From NCBI GenBank assembly GCA_036012755.1, contig DASCPX010000160.1:32001-96000 (forward strand): DNA of 64,000 nucleotides. The letters run 5' to 3'. This stretch comes from Myxococcota bacterium. Lineage in GTDB: Bacteria > Myxococcota_A > UBA796 > CAJQPC01. The position numbers and the translations under genes are program-made. The notes beneath the pieces were generated by a model. It saw nothing but the letters and a program-made list of their open reading frames with translations. It searched no databases and was not told the DNA's origin. Positions 8,561 to 18,423 of this stretch are shown here, piece after piece (position 1 is the stretch's first letter; every line of letters begins with the position of its first letter).

Positions 8561-9669
8561 CGGGAGCCTCGACGCTTCATCTCGTGGAGCAGGGTGGCGG
8601 TGAGCTTGGCGCCCGTGCAGCCCAGCGGGTGACCGAGCGCGATGGCGCCGCCGTTGACGTTGACCTTGTCCTCGTCGATGCCGAGCTCGCGCACGCAGTA
8701 GACCGCCTGCGAAGCGAAGGCCTCGTTGATCTCGAAGAGATCGATGTCGTCGATGGACAGGCCGGCCCTCTCCAGCGCAGCCGGGATGGCCTTGGCCGGC
8801 CCGATGCCCATGATCTCCGGGTCCACACCGACCACCGCGTAGGCCTTGAGCGTCCCGAGAGCCTCCAGACCGGCGGCCTCTGACTTCTCGCGACTCATGA
8901 TGAGCGTCGCGGCAGCGCCGTCGGAGACCTGCGAGCAGTTCCCGGCGTGGGTCGTGCCCTTGGCAGCGAAGGCCGGACGCAGCCGCGCGAGACCCTCCAC
9001 GCTCGTGTCGGCGCGGACGCCTTCGTCCGCATCGACGGTCACGTCCTGCCAGGATCCGCCTCGGTAGACGCGGGTCTGCACCGGGATGATCTCGTCGGTG
9101 AAGCGACCGGCTTCGATGGCCGCGGCGGCCTTCTGGTGAGAGCGGACGGCGAAGCTGTCCTGGGTCGCGCGGTCCACCTCGAACTGCTTGGCCACGTTCT
9201 CGGACGTGATGCCCATGGCCGTGTAGATCTCGGGGTTGGTGGCCATCAGGCGCGGGTTCGGCGTGGGCCTGTCACCGCCCATCTTGACCTGGCTCATCGA
9301 CTCGACGCCGCCGGTCAAGGCCACGTCGTACCAGCCGGCCTCGATGCCCGCCGCCGCCTGCGCGAGGGCCTGGAGACCCGAGCTGCAGAAGCGGTTGATG
9401 GTCATCGCCGGGACCGTTTTGGGGATGCCCGCCGCGAGCGCGGAGATCCGCGCCACGTTCATGCCCTGCTCGCCCTCCGGCATCGCCGTGCCGATGACGA
9501 CGTCGTCGATCTCACTCGGGTCGAAGTCCGGGACCTTGCCCAGCGCGCCCTTGAGCGCGAAGGTCAGGAGATCATCCGGACGGGTGTCCTTGAAGGAGCC
9601 CTTCTTTGCCTTGCCGACGGCCGTACGCACAGCGACGACGACGACGACATCACGAGAGTTCTCGCCCAT
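8491..9669 (-). CDS. fadA: Acetyl-CoA C-acyltransferase (thiolase)
   Basis: [33 protein letters not shown]. Confidence 0.95.
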   Translation of the reverse strand: MGENSRDVVVVVAVRTAVGKAKKGSFKDTRPDDLLTFALKGALGKVPDFDPSEIDDVVIGTAMPEGEQGMNVARISALAAGIPKTVPAMTINRFCSSGLQALAQAAAGIEAGWYDVALTGGVESMSQVKMGGDRPTPNPRLMATNPEIYTAMGITSENVAKQFEVDRATQDSFAVRSHQKAAAAIEAGRFTDEIIPVQTRVYRGGSWQDVTVDADEGVRADTSVEGLARLRPAFAAKGTTHAGNCSQVSDGAAATLIMSREKSEAAGLEALGTLKAYAVVGVDPEIMGIGPAKAIPAALERAGLSIDDIDLFEINEAFASQAVYCVRELGIDEDKVNVNGGAIALGHPLGCTGAKLTATLLHEMKRRGSRYGVVSMCIGGGMGAAAVFEREG

Positions 9670-9678
9670 TTCTGTCTC

Positions 9679-12030
9679 CTAGTTCCGAAGGGGCTTGCCG
9701 GTCTGCAGGAAGTGCTGGATACGCATCTGCGTTCCCTGCTCCCCACAGAGGCTCAGGAAGGCCTCGCGCTCGAGGTCGAGCATGTGCTGCTCGTCGACCC
9801 AGGTGTTGGTTGGGATGTCTCCGCCAGTCAGCACGTTGGCCAGCTGCTTGCTGACGACCATGTCGTGGTCGGTGGCGAAGCCGCCCTCGTGCAGGGTGTG
9901 GAGGAAGAGCTCGATGGCCGAGCGACCGCTGGGGCCCGGCAGCATGAAGCGACGCGGACGCGGTGGCTGCCAGCCAGCCTTCACCAGCCCGAGGGCCAGG
10001 TCCTTGGCGTCCTGGACCAGGGCGTCCTGGTCCATCGTGAGGCGATCCTGGGAGCGGAGGTAGCCCAGGGCGCGGGCCTCCTCCGCGCTGGTCGCGACCG
10101 CCGCGAGGCCGATGTTCTTGAAGATCTGCTGCACGAAGGGGTTCGGGTCGTACTCGGTGCCCTCGGGGATGTTCCCGAGCGCGCGAGCGACCACCTCCTT
10201 GCAGCCACCGCCTGCGGGGATGAGCCCGACGCCGACCTCGACGAGGCCTGCATAGAGCTCGCCACCGGCCTGGCAGGCCGAAGACTGCATCGCGACCTCG
10301 AGACCGCCGCCCAGGGTGAGCCCACGGGGAGCGGTGACGACCGGGCGCCGGCTGTACTGGGCACGCTTGAGCGTGTCCTGCATGCCCTTGACCATGCCCT
10401 CGATCTGGTCCCACTCCTGCTGCATCGCGAGCATGACGAGCATGAAGATGTTGGCACCGGCGCAGAAGGCCGGTCCGCCCTGGTTTCCGATGACCAGCGC
10501 CTCCCACTTGCCCTCGTCCAGCTCGTTCAGGCCCTGGTCGTAGAGCGTGAAGATGTCGGCATCGAGAGCGTTCATCTTCGAGTGGAAGGACAGGCCGAGC
10601 ACTCCGTCCCCGAGGTCGAGGAGGTCGGCGCTGGCGTTCTTCGCGACGGTTCCGCTCTGGCGCTTCAGATCGTCGAGGATCAGCCAGCCGTCGCTCTGCG
10701 GCACGACCTTGGCCTTGCCCTCGAGAGCGCACCAGTAGGTCTGGACCCCATCGACCCGAGCGTAGAAGGAGCTCCTGCCTGCGGCGAGCATGTCGTTGAC
10801 CCAGGCGGGGACCGTGCGGCCCTCGTCGACCATGCGCTGGACGCTCTCGGCCACACCGATGGCGTCCCAGCCTTCGAAGATGCCGGCGTCCCAGCCGTAG
10901 CCCCAGCGCATGGCCCGGTCGATGTTGACGATGTCGTCAGCGATCTCGGGGATGCGGCCCGCCGTGTAGAGCAGGGTGTCGGCGGTGACGGCCCAGGCGA
11001 TGCCCGCCGCCTTGTCGGAGCCGGCCAACAGCGCCTTGGTGCCACCCTTCTTGGCGGCCTTGACGGAGTCGAAGCGAGGCCGGCCCTGGTCCTCGTACTC
11101 GCCGGTCTCGACGTTGCGGGAGAGGATGGCCTTCTTCCCGTCGACCTTGGTCTTGAAGTAGAAGCCCTTTCCGGTCTTGCCGCCGAGGCTGCCCTCGTCG
11201 ACCATCGACTGAATCCAGGTCGGGATCACGAACTTGTCACGGTCGGGATCGTCCGGGCACGAGTCGTAGACCGTCTTGATCACGTGGGCGAGGGTGTCGA
11301 TCCCGACGAGGTCGCCCGTGCGGAAGCAGGCGCTCTTGGGCCGACCCATGGCCTTGCCGAAGATGCCGTCGATCTCGCTGACGTTGAGCCCGAAGGAAGG
11401 CATGTGGTGGAACACCGAGCACATGCCGTAGGTGCCGACCCGGTTGCCGATGAAGTTGGGCGTGTCCTTGCAGAACACGATGCCCTTGCCGAGGCGGCGC
11501 TCCCCGAAGGCGGCGATGGCGTCGACCACAGCCTGGCTGGTGTGCTCGCCCTGGACCAGCTCGAGGAGCCGCATGTACCGGACAGGATTGAAGAAGTGCA
11601 TGACCAGGAAGTGCTCTCGCATCTCCTGGCTCATGGGCGCCGACATCTCGGCGATGCTCAGGCCGGACGTGTTGGAGGCGACGACGCTGCCTGGGCGGCG
11701 ATGCTCGGCGACCCAGCCAAAGACCTTGTGCTTGATGTCGAGGCGCTCGACGACGACCTCGATGACGAGATCGCACTCGGCGAGCAAGGCGGCGCCTGCG
11801 TCGTCGTAGGTGGCGGCCGTGATCAGCGAGGCGTCACTCTTCTTGAAGAACAGCGACGTGTTGGAGCCCGCCGGCTTCGCCTTCACCGCGCTCTCGAGGC
11901 CAGCCTGGGCGGCCTCGAGGTTGATGTCGTAGAGGACCGATTCGATCCGGGCGTTGGCGAGGTGGGCGGCGATGCCCTGCCCCATCACGCCGGCTCCGAG
12001 CACGGCGACCTTGTTGATCTCGTAGGACAT
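9679..12030 (-). CDS. fadN: 3-hydroxyacyl-CoA dehydrogenase / enoyl-CoA hydratase fusion (FadN type)
   Basis: VLGAGVMG, SNTSG, HFFNPVRYM, C-terminal crotonase domain (FCAGAN, LGGGLE, GLIPAGGG), ends GKPLRN. Confidence 0.92.
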   Translation of the reverse strand: MSYEINKVAVLGAGVMGQGIAAHLANARIESVLYDINLEAAQAGLESAVKAKPAGSNTSLFFKKSDASLITAATYDDAGAALLAECDLVIEVVVERLDIKHKVFGWVAEHRRPGSVVASNTSGLSIAEMSAPMSQEMREHFLVMHFFNPVRYMRLLELVQGEHTSQAVVDAIAAFGERRLGKGIVFCKDTPNFIGNRVGTYGMCSVFHHMPSFGLNVSEIDGIFGKAMGRPKSACFRTGDLVGIDTLAHVIKTVYDSCPDDPDRDKFVIPTWIQSMVDEGSLGGKTGKGFYFKTKVDGKKAILSRNVETGEYEDQGRPRFDSVKAAKKGGTKALLAGSDKAAGIAWAVTADTLLYTAGRIPEIADDIVNIDRAMRWGYGWDAGIFEGWDAIGVAESVQRMVDEGRTVPAWVNDMLAAGRSSFYARVDGVQTYWCALEGKAKVVPQSDGWLILDDLKRQSGTVAKNASADLLDLGDGVLGLSFHSKMNALDADIFTLYDQGLNELDEGKWEALVIGNQGGPAFCAGANIFMLVMLAMQQEWDQIEGMVKGMQDTLKRAQYSRRPVVTAPRGLTLGGGLEVAMQSSACQAGGELYAGLVEVGVGLIPAGGGCKEVVARALGNIPEGTEYDPNPFVQQIFKNIGLAAVATSAEEARALGYLRSQDRLTMDQDALVQDAKDLALGLVKAGWQPPRPRRFMLPGPSGRSAIELFLHTLHEGGFATDHDMVVSKQLANVLTGGDIPTNTWVDEQHMLDLEREAFLSLCGEQGTQMRIQHFLQTGKPLRN

Positions 12031-12048
12031 TGAGTGAACCCTCATTCA
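12031..12048. promoter_or_regulatory. TetR-family (Bacillus FadR/YsiA-like) operator directly upstream of fadN
   Basis: TGAGTGA-ACCC-TCATTCA, an 18-bp palindrome with one mismatch, abutting the start codon. Confidence 0.7.
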
Positions 12049-12121
12049 GTCGTTCATTGGTCTCACCCGGCGCGAGGGGCGGCGCAAGCCGGTAGACTGG
12101 CCCGGCAGGGTCGAGGTCCAG

Positions 12122-13027
12122 ATGCTCCAGCTCGCCGTGGGTTGCGCCACGACGCCCTCGGCTGGGCCGAACTCGGTCATCGAGACGGTGAACATCACCC
12201 AGACCTCGACCTGGACGGTCGTGGAGCCGACCCCCGGAGGTCCGCCCTTCGCCGGACCGATGCTCCCGGTGGGCGAGACCGCACTGGAGGGTGGCGTCGC
12301 CGGGACGTGGGTGGACTCGGACCCCAACGCCCAGGTCGGCAACGCCCCGGCCTTGCTCCAGGCGGAGGCCAGCGTCCGCTGGCAGGTCGCCAGCACCTTC
12401 GAGATCTCGGTCTTCGGCCTGGCGGCCTCTCCGAAGCTGGCCGAGCCGATCGCCCCACGCGACGTCTTCGTGGCCAGCACCGCCTGGCGGCTGGGCACCG
12501 GTCTTCGGTTCGGCGAGCGCCTGCCGAGCGGTGTCGGCATGCGCATGGGCGGCTGGGTGGCGGCTGGCCAGGACGGGCTCTACCGCGAGGTGCGCGAGGT
12601 CCTCGACTACGAAGAGGTCGACAACAGCACGGGCAGTACCAGCACGACGACGCAGGAAGAGGTCTTCTACGAGACCTCCCGCCCCCTGGTGCCCTGGGGG
12701 CTCGTGAGCGCCGGGGTGGACTACCAGCCCTTCCGAGGGCCGACGATCGGTGTCGGCGCGGCAGTACAGAACGTGCCGGTGTACGTCGGCAACACGACGG
12801 CCACCCGGCACTGTGTGGCCATCGACGGTGAGCAGACCTGTGACGGCACCCTCGAGATCGAGCCCTCCGAGATGGCGGTCGTCGTCTCCCCCTGGCTCGA
12901 CCTCGGGTGGTTCGCTGGCGAGCACACCTCGCTCAACGCCCAGCTCTGGTGGCACGCCTACGGGCCGGAGTCGCTGACACGGTCTGTTCCCCTCGGCGCG
13001 AGGGCCGCGCTCGGCTTCCGCTGGTAG
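12122..13027 (+). CDS. Hypothetical outer-membrane beta-barrel-like protein
   Basis: MLQLAVGC start; alternating beta-strand pattern; terminal aromatic residue (RAALGFRW). Confidence 0.6.
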   Translation: MLQLAVGCATTPSAGPNSVIETVNITQTSTWTVVEPTPGGPPFAGPMLPVGETALEGGVAGTWVDSDPNAQVGNAPALLQAEASVRWQVASTFEISVFGLAASPKLAEPIAPRDVFVASTAWRLGTGLRFGERLPSGVGMRMGGWVAAGQDGLYREVREVLDYEEVDNSTGSTSTTTQEEVFYETSRPLVPWGLVSAGVDYQPFRGPTIGVGAAVQNVPVYVGNTTATRHCVAIDGEQTCDGTLEIEPSEMAVVVSPWLDLGWFAGEHTSLNAQLWWHAYGPESLTRSVPLGARAALGFRW

Positions 13028-13036
13028 GGTCGCCCG

Positions 13037-14488
13037 ATGTGGCTGACGCTCGCGCTCGCGTGCACCCGTGGACCTGCAGCAGACGCGCCGGATGTGGTCA
13101 TCGTGATCGTGGACGCGCTTCGCGCCGACGCGCTGGGCTACCCGGGCAAGAGCCGGGATGCCTCACCCAACCTCGACGCCCTCGCCGCCGAGTCGGCGCG
13201 CTTCACGCGTGCCTACTCCGCAGCGCCCTGGACGCTGCCCTCGGTCGCGACGCTGCTGACAGGCCAGTGGCCCCGGGAGCACCGCGTGGTCACCGATGTG
13301 CTCTCAGAGGGTCGGTTCGGGGTCCTCCCCCGCCGGAGTTGAACCCTCGCCGAGACCTACAGCGACCGCGGCTACCGGACAGGCGCATGGGTCAACGACA
13401 CCTACCTCGCTCCGGAGTTTGGCCTGGACCAGGGCTTCGACGTCTACGCCTACCAGGGCGCGAGCTCGCAGTACGGGCACCGCTCGGCAGCAGACACGGT
13501 CGCGGCGATGCTGGAGTGGGTCGACGACCGCGAGCAGCCCTTCTTCGCCGTCGTGCATCTCAGGGAGCCCCAGCACAACTACCAGCCCAACGCCAGCTGC
13601 CGAGGTCGCTTCACCGAGGGCCTCACGCCGAGCTTCGAGCTGCCAGTCTCGCAGGAGATCCTCAAGAGCTGGATTCGCCGAACCGAGCCCGTCAGCGACG
13701 AGGACATCGACTACGTCAGGCGCCTCTACGACGAGGAGGTCTGCACGATGGACCAGGCCATCGGCGAGCTCGTCGCGGGCCTGGAGGCTCGGGAGCGGTG
13801 GGACGACACCTGGTTCGTCCTCACCGGGGATCACGGCGAGGAGCTCTGGGACAGCGGCAACTTCGGCCACGGCCACACAGTCAAGTCGGTCCTCACGAAC
13901 GTCCCCCTGCTCGTGCGGATACCGGGATTCCCGACCCACAGCAACGACTCGGTGGTGGGCCACGTCGAGCTCATCAGCTCCCTGCGACAACAGCAAGGAC
14001 CCCTCTGGCTGATGCTCGAGACTGGCGAGACCGTCGAGGGTCGCGTCGCCTTCTCCAGCTCTCCGAGTCGTACCCTCGACCAGTTCTCCGTGGTCACGGA
14101 GACCGAGCGCACGGTCGTCCTCCCCGACTCCAAGACCGCGATGGTGTGGGACCTCGACGAGCGGGGCTGGGAGACCGGGATCAACCGGACCCACAACACC
14201 GAAGCGGCGGTCCGGGACAGCCCCGAGTACGCCCTCCTGGCGACTGTCAAGGAGGAGCCCCTGGACCCGACGCTGCCCGCGCGCTTCAGCCGCATGGACG
14301 GCGTCGACCTCGACCGCTGGGCGGAGCTAGCTGAGCGCAGGGGACTGAGATCAGCCCACGATCCGAGGCTCAGGGGACGACCTCGCAGCTGGAGCCTTCC
14401 TCGTCGAGGTCGAAGTCGATCACGGTCGGGGACTCGCCGCCGGCGCCGACCGTCAGGTTCCCGCTGCGCACGTAGGTCGGCAGGATGA
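13037..14488 (+). CDS. Sulfatase-like / alkaline phosphatase superfamily lipoprotein, interrupted by an in-frame TGA at 13340-13342; 3' end uncertain
   Basis: VIVIVDALRAD, APWTLPS..LLTG, REPQHNY, TGDHGEE, GHGH; both ORF halves are in the same frame and colinear with the paralog at 51118. Confidence 0.8.
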
Positions 14489-15998
14489 ACCCCTCCGAGG
14501 AGGCTTCGCCCCAGACGACCAGGGTGTCCCTGCCATGCTGCTCGAAGAGATAGATGTCCCCGAGGAACAAGCCCTCCATCGCGCAGAACATGTCGATGGA
14601 CTCCGCCATCTCCCTCCTCTTCGATCCGAAACCCGGGGCCCGGTAGCTCCGGGGGGGAGGTGGCAGCTCGGGCTCGGGCAGGCGAGCGACGTCGTGGATG
14701 TGCTCGCTGTCCACGCGGAAGGAGTGGTGGGAGAGCTCGGTCTGGCAGGTCTCGGCCTGGCCGGGGGCGACCATCGGGTAGCCCGAGAACTCGCTGACGA
14801 CGCGGATCTCCAGGTCGGGTCGGCGCACCTGCAGGGGCCAGGTCAGCTCGCCCTCCCGGCCGTCCCGGAGTTGAAGGACGTAGACCGGACCCTCCTCGCC
14901 GGAGAGCTGCCCGACGAGCCCGCGCAGCTGGTGGGCCCCGCAGATGCTGCTGTCGCGGAAGTGGGCGAGGGAGTCGATCCGGCCTGGCCACGACAGTCCG
15001 ATCGGCTCGGTGGTGCCTGGGTCCTCGACTGCGCGCACGGCGGCCAGTCCGTCGAGGGCGGCCATTCCCGGCGGGAGGAAGACCAGGCCCAGGGGCGGGG
15101 CCCGGCGCAGCCCAACACCCGCGAGCGCTACCAGCGGCAAGGACGCAGCCGCGAGCCAACGGGGCTGTGTTGCCTCCCCCAAGAGGGCGGTCGTCGTGAG
15201 CAGGACCCCCGCCGCGAGGACGAGGATCGCCAGGCGCTGCCGGCGGTGGGGCCCTGGGAGCAGCGCACCGACGGTCGCCAGGATCCCGAGCACCAGGTGG
15301 CCGGTCCAGCTCGGCAGGGCCACCAGCGTCTCCAGCGCGGTCCCGAAGAGGCCGAACAGCTCGCCGGCAGAGGGCACATCTCCGTTGGTGGCCAGGAACC
15401 AGCTGCCCAGGAGCCCCGCTCGCGGCTTGGGCGCCAACAGCGGATCCAGGACGAAGTGGAACGGAGCGATGGACAGTGCCAGGCCTGCGGCCATCCGAGC
15501 CAGGTGCTGCAGGGGCCTCTCCGATAGCGCCGGGGCCACGAGCAGCATCACCAGCGCCGGCGCGACGATGGGCTTCACGGCCAGGCTGAGGCCGCAGAGG
15601 ATCGCACCGCCGAGAGGCTTGTCGCTGAAGGCGAGGGCCAGGCCCAGGGCGCAGAGCCCCAGAGCCGGTGCGTCCCCGCCATCGAGGGCAGAGGTGAAGA
15701 CGAAGAGGGGGGCGCAGGCCGCCAGGAGCCCTCCCGACCAGGGCGAGCCGTCCAGGCGCTCGGTCAGGCGCGCGCAGCCGAGCACGGCCAGCGTGCCCAG
15801 GATGACGCTGGTCGGACGCAGCCCGCCGATCAGCCCAACCAGCAGTGGATGCAGTGGGTAGGGATGGCCGCCGAGCTCCACCGCAGCCGCGATGCCCGGG
15901 GCGTCCGGGCCGAAGGGCGAGGGGCCGATGAGCAGCGCGCCGGCGACGCGAACGCCCAGGGCCACCAGCATCAACACGAGGTACGGGACCGGGTTCAT
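14370..15998 (-). CDS. Polytopic membrane protein, possibly GT-C glycosyltransferase-like
   Basis: Many hydrophobic segments, GPD in the first loop, AVKP and QPRW motifs, soluble C-terminal domain. Confidence 0.55.
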   Translation of the reverse strand: MNPVPYLVLMLVALGVRVAGALLIGPSPFGPDAPGIAAAVELGGHPYPLHPLLVGLIGGLRPTSVILGTLAVLGCARLTERLDGSPWSGGLLAACAPLFVFTSALDGGDAPALGLCALGLALAFSDKPLGGAILCGLSLAVKPIVAPALVMLLVAPALSERPLQHLARMAAGLALSIAPFHFVLDPLLAPKPRAGLLGSWFLATNGDVPSAGELFGLFGTALETLVALPSWTGHLVLGILATVGALLPGPHRRQRLAILVLAAGVLLTTTALLGEATQPRWLAAASLPLVALAGVGLRRAPPLGLVFLPPGMAALDGLAAVRAVEDPGTTEPIGLSWPGRIDSLAHFRDSSICGAHQLRGLVGQLSGEEGPVYVLQLRDGREGELTWPLQVRRPDLEIRVVSEFSGYPMVAPGQAETCQTELSHHSFRVDSEHIHDVARLPEPELPPPPRSYRAPGFGSKRREMAESIDMFCAMEGLFLGDIYLFEQHGRDTLVVWGEASSEGFILPTYVRSGNLTVGAGGESPTVIDFDLDEEGSSCEVVP

Positions 15999-16153
15999 CG
16001 CATGCTTCGGATCAGGCAGGGTCCTCCGGAGAGGCACGGTACCAACCTACCTGCGGCCCGGGATGCGGCCTCCATGGGGGATACCCACCTCCGACAGCAG
16101 TACGATCGACCGATGGCAGAGCTTCAGATCATGGCAGTCCGCCTGATCCAGAC

Positions 16154-16840
16154 ATGATCGCCCTCGCGATCATCGCCTGCGTCGACACGCCACCACTCGG
16201 GCCACCGACGAAGACCACGCCGCCGAAGCTGGCGGCCGGCCGCCCTACCTTTCCCGAGCGGGCCCGGTGGTCTGATCACTCCAGGAAAGACCGAGTTCTT
16301 CGAGGTCGGCCTGTCCGGGGGGGCCTGGAGCACCGGACAGCGCGGGGGCCTCAGCCTGAGCCTGCCAGCTGGAGACCATGCCCCCGGCTCGTTGACAGCC
16401 GTCGTCGTCCCACCGACCGGGTCGGGCTTCATCAACGGCATGCACCTTGGCGAGGACGACTTCCGCCAACAGGAGCTCTACCGGCAGGCCGGTCTCGCCG
16501 TCCTCACCTTCGAGGTGGACGGACTGGTCAGCGTCGAGCAGTACTTCGCTCACTTCGCAGGCGCCGAGAACGTGCGCGATGCCGTGCACTACGCACGAAC
16601 CTCGGTTCCCGAGATCGATGCGGCGCGGATCTTCGTGGCCGGCCACGGAATGGCCGGTGACCTGGCGCTCTTGTACGGCTCCATCGATCCGGAGCTCGCA
16701 GGCGTCCTGGCCTACAACAGCGGAGGCAGGGGCTGCTGGTCGCCGCAGCCGAGCATGACGATGAGCAAGGAGCCTCCTGGGAGAAGCCTACGCCAGGGAT
16801 CGAGTCCACGGCTTCGGCTTCTGTTAGGGGGCAGCCATGA
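16154..16840 (+). pseudogene. Alpha/beta-hydrolase (peptidase S9-like) lipoprotein, frameshifted near 16260 and truncated after ~16730
   Basis: MIALAIIAC..PTFPER continues in another frame as LSLPAGDHAPGSLTAVVVPPTGS..EIDAARIFVAGHGMAG; no catalytic Asp/His region follows. Confidence 0.6.
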
Positions 16841-17208
16841 ACGACCGCGTCCAGGGAATCGCCTTCGGCTACGACTGCAAGGTCGGCTTCCACGAGTACG
16901 AGCGACACATCCGGCAGCGCGTGCTCATCGACTTCGACGCAGAGACGGACTGGCGGGAGAGCGCCCGAGCGGACCGCGCCCGCGACCTCGTCGACTACTA
17001 CGAGGTCAACAAGGCGATCACCGCCCTGATCGAGAGCAGGGACTGGCGACTCGTGGAGGCGATCGCCGAGGCAGTCGCCGAGCTCATCTGCAGCAAGTTC
17101 CCGGTCTCGGCAGTGCGGGTCCGGGTCCGCAAGATCCCCTTCGACATGCCCAACTGCGAAGGCGTCGCGGTCGAGTGCTACCGGCGCCGAGAGGACTTCG
17201 GCAGCTAG
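16837..17208 (+). CDS. folB: Dihydroneopterin aldolase
   Basis: VGFHEYER..QRVLID, VDYYEV, LVEAIAE, VRVRK. Confidence 0.85.
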   Translation: MNDRVQGIAFGYDCKVGFHEYERHIRQRVLIDFDAETDWRESARADRARDLVDYYEVNKAITALIESRDWRLVEAIAEAVAELICSKFPVSAVRVRVRKIPFDMPNCEGVAVECYRRREDFGS

Positions 17209-17225
17209 CGGCGCGGGGCGGTACC

Positions 17226-17276
17226 TTGACGTTCCCAGCTGCAGAGCTTACATGCATGTTTGTGCAATTATGCAAT
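17226..17276 (+). promoter_or_regulatory. Candidate arsM promoter and ArsR operator
   Basis: TTGACG at 17226; AT-rich stretch with perfect palindrome ACATGCATGT (17250-17259) and TGCA-ATTA-TGCA (17263-17274); AAGGAG RBS follows. Confidence 0.55.
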
Positions 17277-17289
17277 CCAAGGAGTCATC

Positions 17290-18111
17290 ATGAGTGAGCC
17301 CACGAACCTCCGCCAGCGCGTCTCCGAGTCCTACACCAAAGCCGTGAACACCCCCTCCGGTGGCTGCTGTGGCAGCAGGGAGCCCAAGGGCGCCTCAGCC
17401 CGGGTGGCCGGCTACGAGGACCTGTCCGAGCTCCCCGCCGAGGCAGTGGAGAACTCCTTCGCCTGCGGCAACCCGGTCGCCTTCGCAGAGGTCACCGAGG
17501 GGCAGATCGTGCTGGACCTGGGCTCCGGAGGCGGCCTGGACCTGCTGTTGGCGGCGGAGAAGGTGGGCCCGTCGGGCAAGGTCATCGGTGTCGACATGAC
17601 CGACGCCATGTTGAAGCTGGCAAGGGACAACATCGCCTTTGCCGGGCTCGACGCAATCGTCGAGGTCCGCAAGGGGCTCATCGAGGAGCTGCCCATCTCC
17701 GACGCCAGCGTGGACTGGGTGATCTCCAACTGCGTGATCAACCTGTCCCCGGAGAAGCACCGCGTCTTCGCCGAGATCGCCAGGGTGCTCGCCCCCGGCG
17801 GTCGCATCTCGGTCTCCGACATCGTCGTCGAGGACATGCCCGAGCACCTCCGGAACATCCCCGGTCTCCACGAGAGCTGCGTCTCCGGCGCCATCCCAGA
17901 GGCGGACTACGTCGCCGGCCTGGAAGCCGCAGGCCTGGCCGACGTGAGAGCCGAGTCCAAGCACGTCTACGACTACGACGAGCTCTACGGCATCGTGCAG
18001 TCCGACCAGGAGTCGCTGCTGGCCTGCGTGCCGCCAGAGATCGTCGAGCGCGAGCTCCGCGGGCTGGTGGGCAAGGTGCGGAGCGTGCGCTTCACGGCGA
18101 CGAAGCCGTGA
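17290..18111 (+). CDS. arsM: Arsenite S-adenosylmethionine methyltransferase
   Basis: GGCC, SFACGNP, LDLGSGGG, VISNCVINLSP and ESCVSGA carry the conserved ArsM cysteines. Confidence 0.9.
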   Translation: MSEPTNLRQRVSESYTKAVNTPSGGCCGSREPKGASARVAGYEDLSELPAEAVENSFACGNPVAFAEVTEGQIVLDLGSGGGLDLLLAAEKVGPSGKVIGVDMTDAMLKLARDNIAFAGLDAIVEVRKGLIEELPISDASVDWVISNCVINLSPEKHRVFAEIARVLAPGGRISVSDIVVEDMPEHLRNIPGLHESCVSGAIPEADYVAGLEAAGLADVRAESKHVYDYDELYGIVQSDQESLLACVPPEIVERELRGLVGKVRSVRFTATKP

Positions 18112-18419
18112 AGTGCTGCGGCGTCGAGCTCGGCGAGGTGCTCTCGCCCAAGGTCTTCAAGGCCCTGGGCGATCCTCGCCGGGTCGCGATCCTCGATCAG
18201 CTTGCTCGCCAGGGTGGCGAAGCCTGCGTCAGCGATGTGGCCAGCTGCTGCGACGTCGACGTGTCGGTGGTCTCCAGACACCTCGCCACCCTGAAGGCGG
18301 CCGGCATCCTGGAGGCCCAGCGTCACGGCCGACAGATCCGCTACCGCCTGCGAGCTCGGGAGCTGGCAGCGCTGCTCAGGGAGATGGCCGACGCGCTGGA
18401 GACCTGCTGCGGGGACTGA
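18108..18419 (+). CDS. arsR: ArsR/SmtB family repressor
   Basis: FKALGDPRR, ACVSDV, VSRHLATLKAAG winged-helix pattern; GTGA coupling to arsM. Confidence 0.85.
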   Translation: MKCCGVELGEVLSPKVFKALGDPRRVAILDQLARQGGEACVSDVASCCDVDVSVVSRHLATLKAAGILEAQRHGRQIRYRLRARELAALLREMADALETCCGD

Positions 18420-18423
18420 GGAA

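Noticed and set aside
8947..12033. 1028-aa plus-strand ORF, and similar long ORFs at 33891..35861, 46890..48695 and 60460..62409
   Set aside because: Antisense shadows of well-supported genes; expected in high-GC DNA; no recognisable motifs.
13340..13342. Selenocysteine or readthrough at the in-frame TGA
   Set aside because: The position aligns to a non-catalytic Pro in the paralog, and two compensating indels give a more natural sequence.
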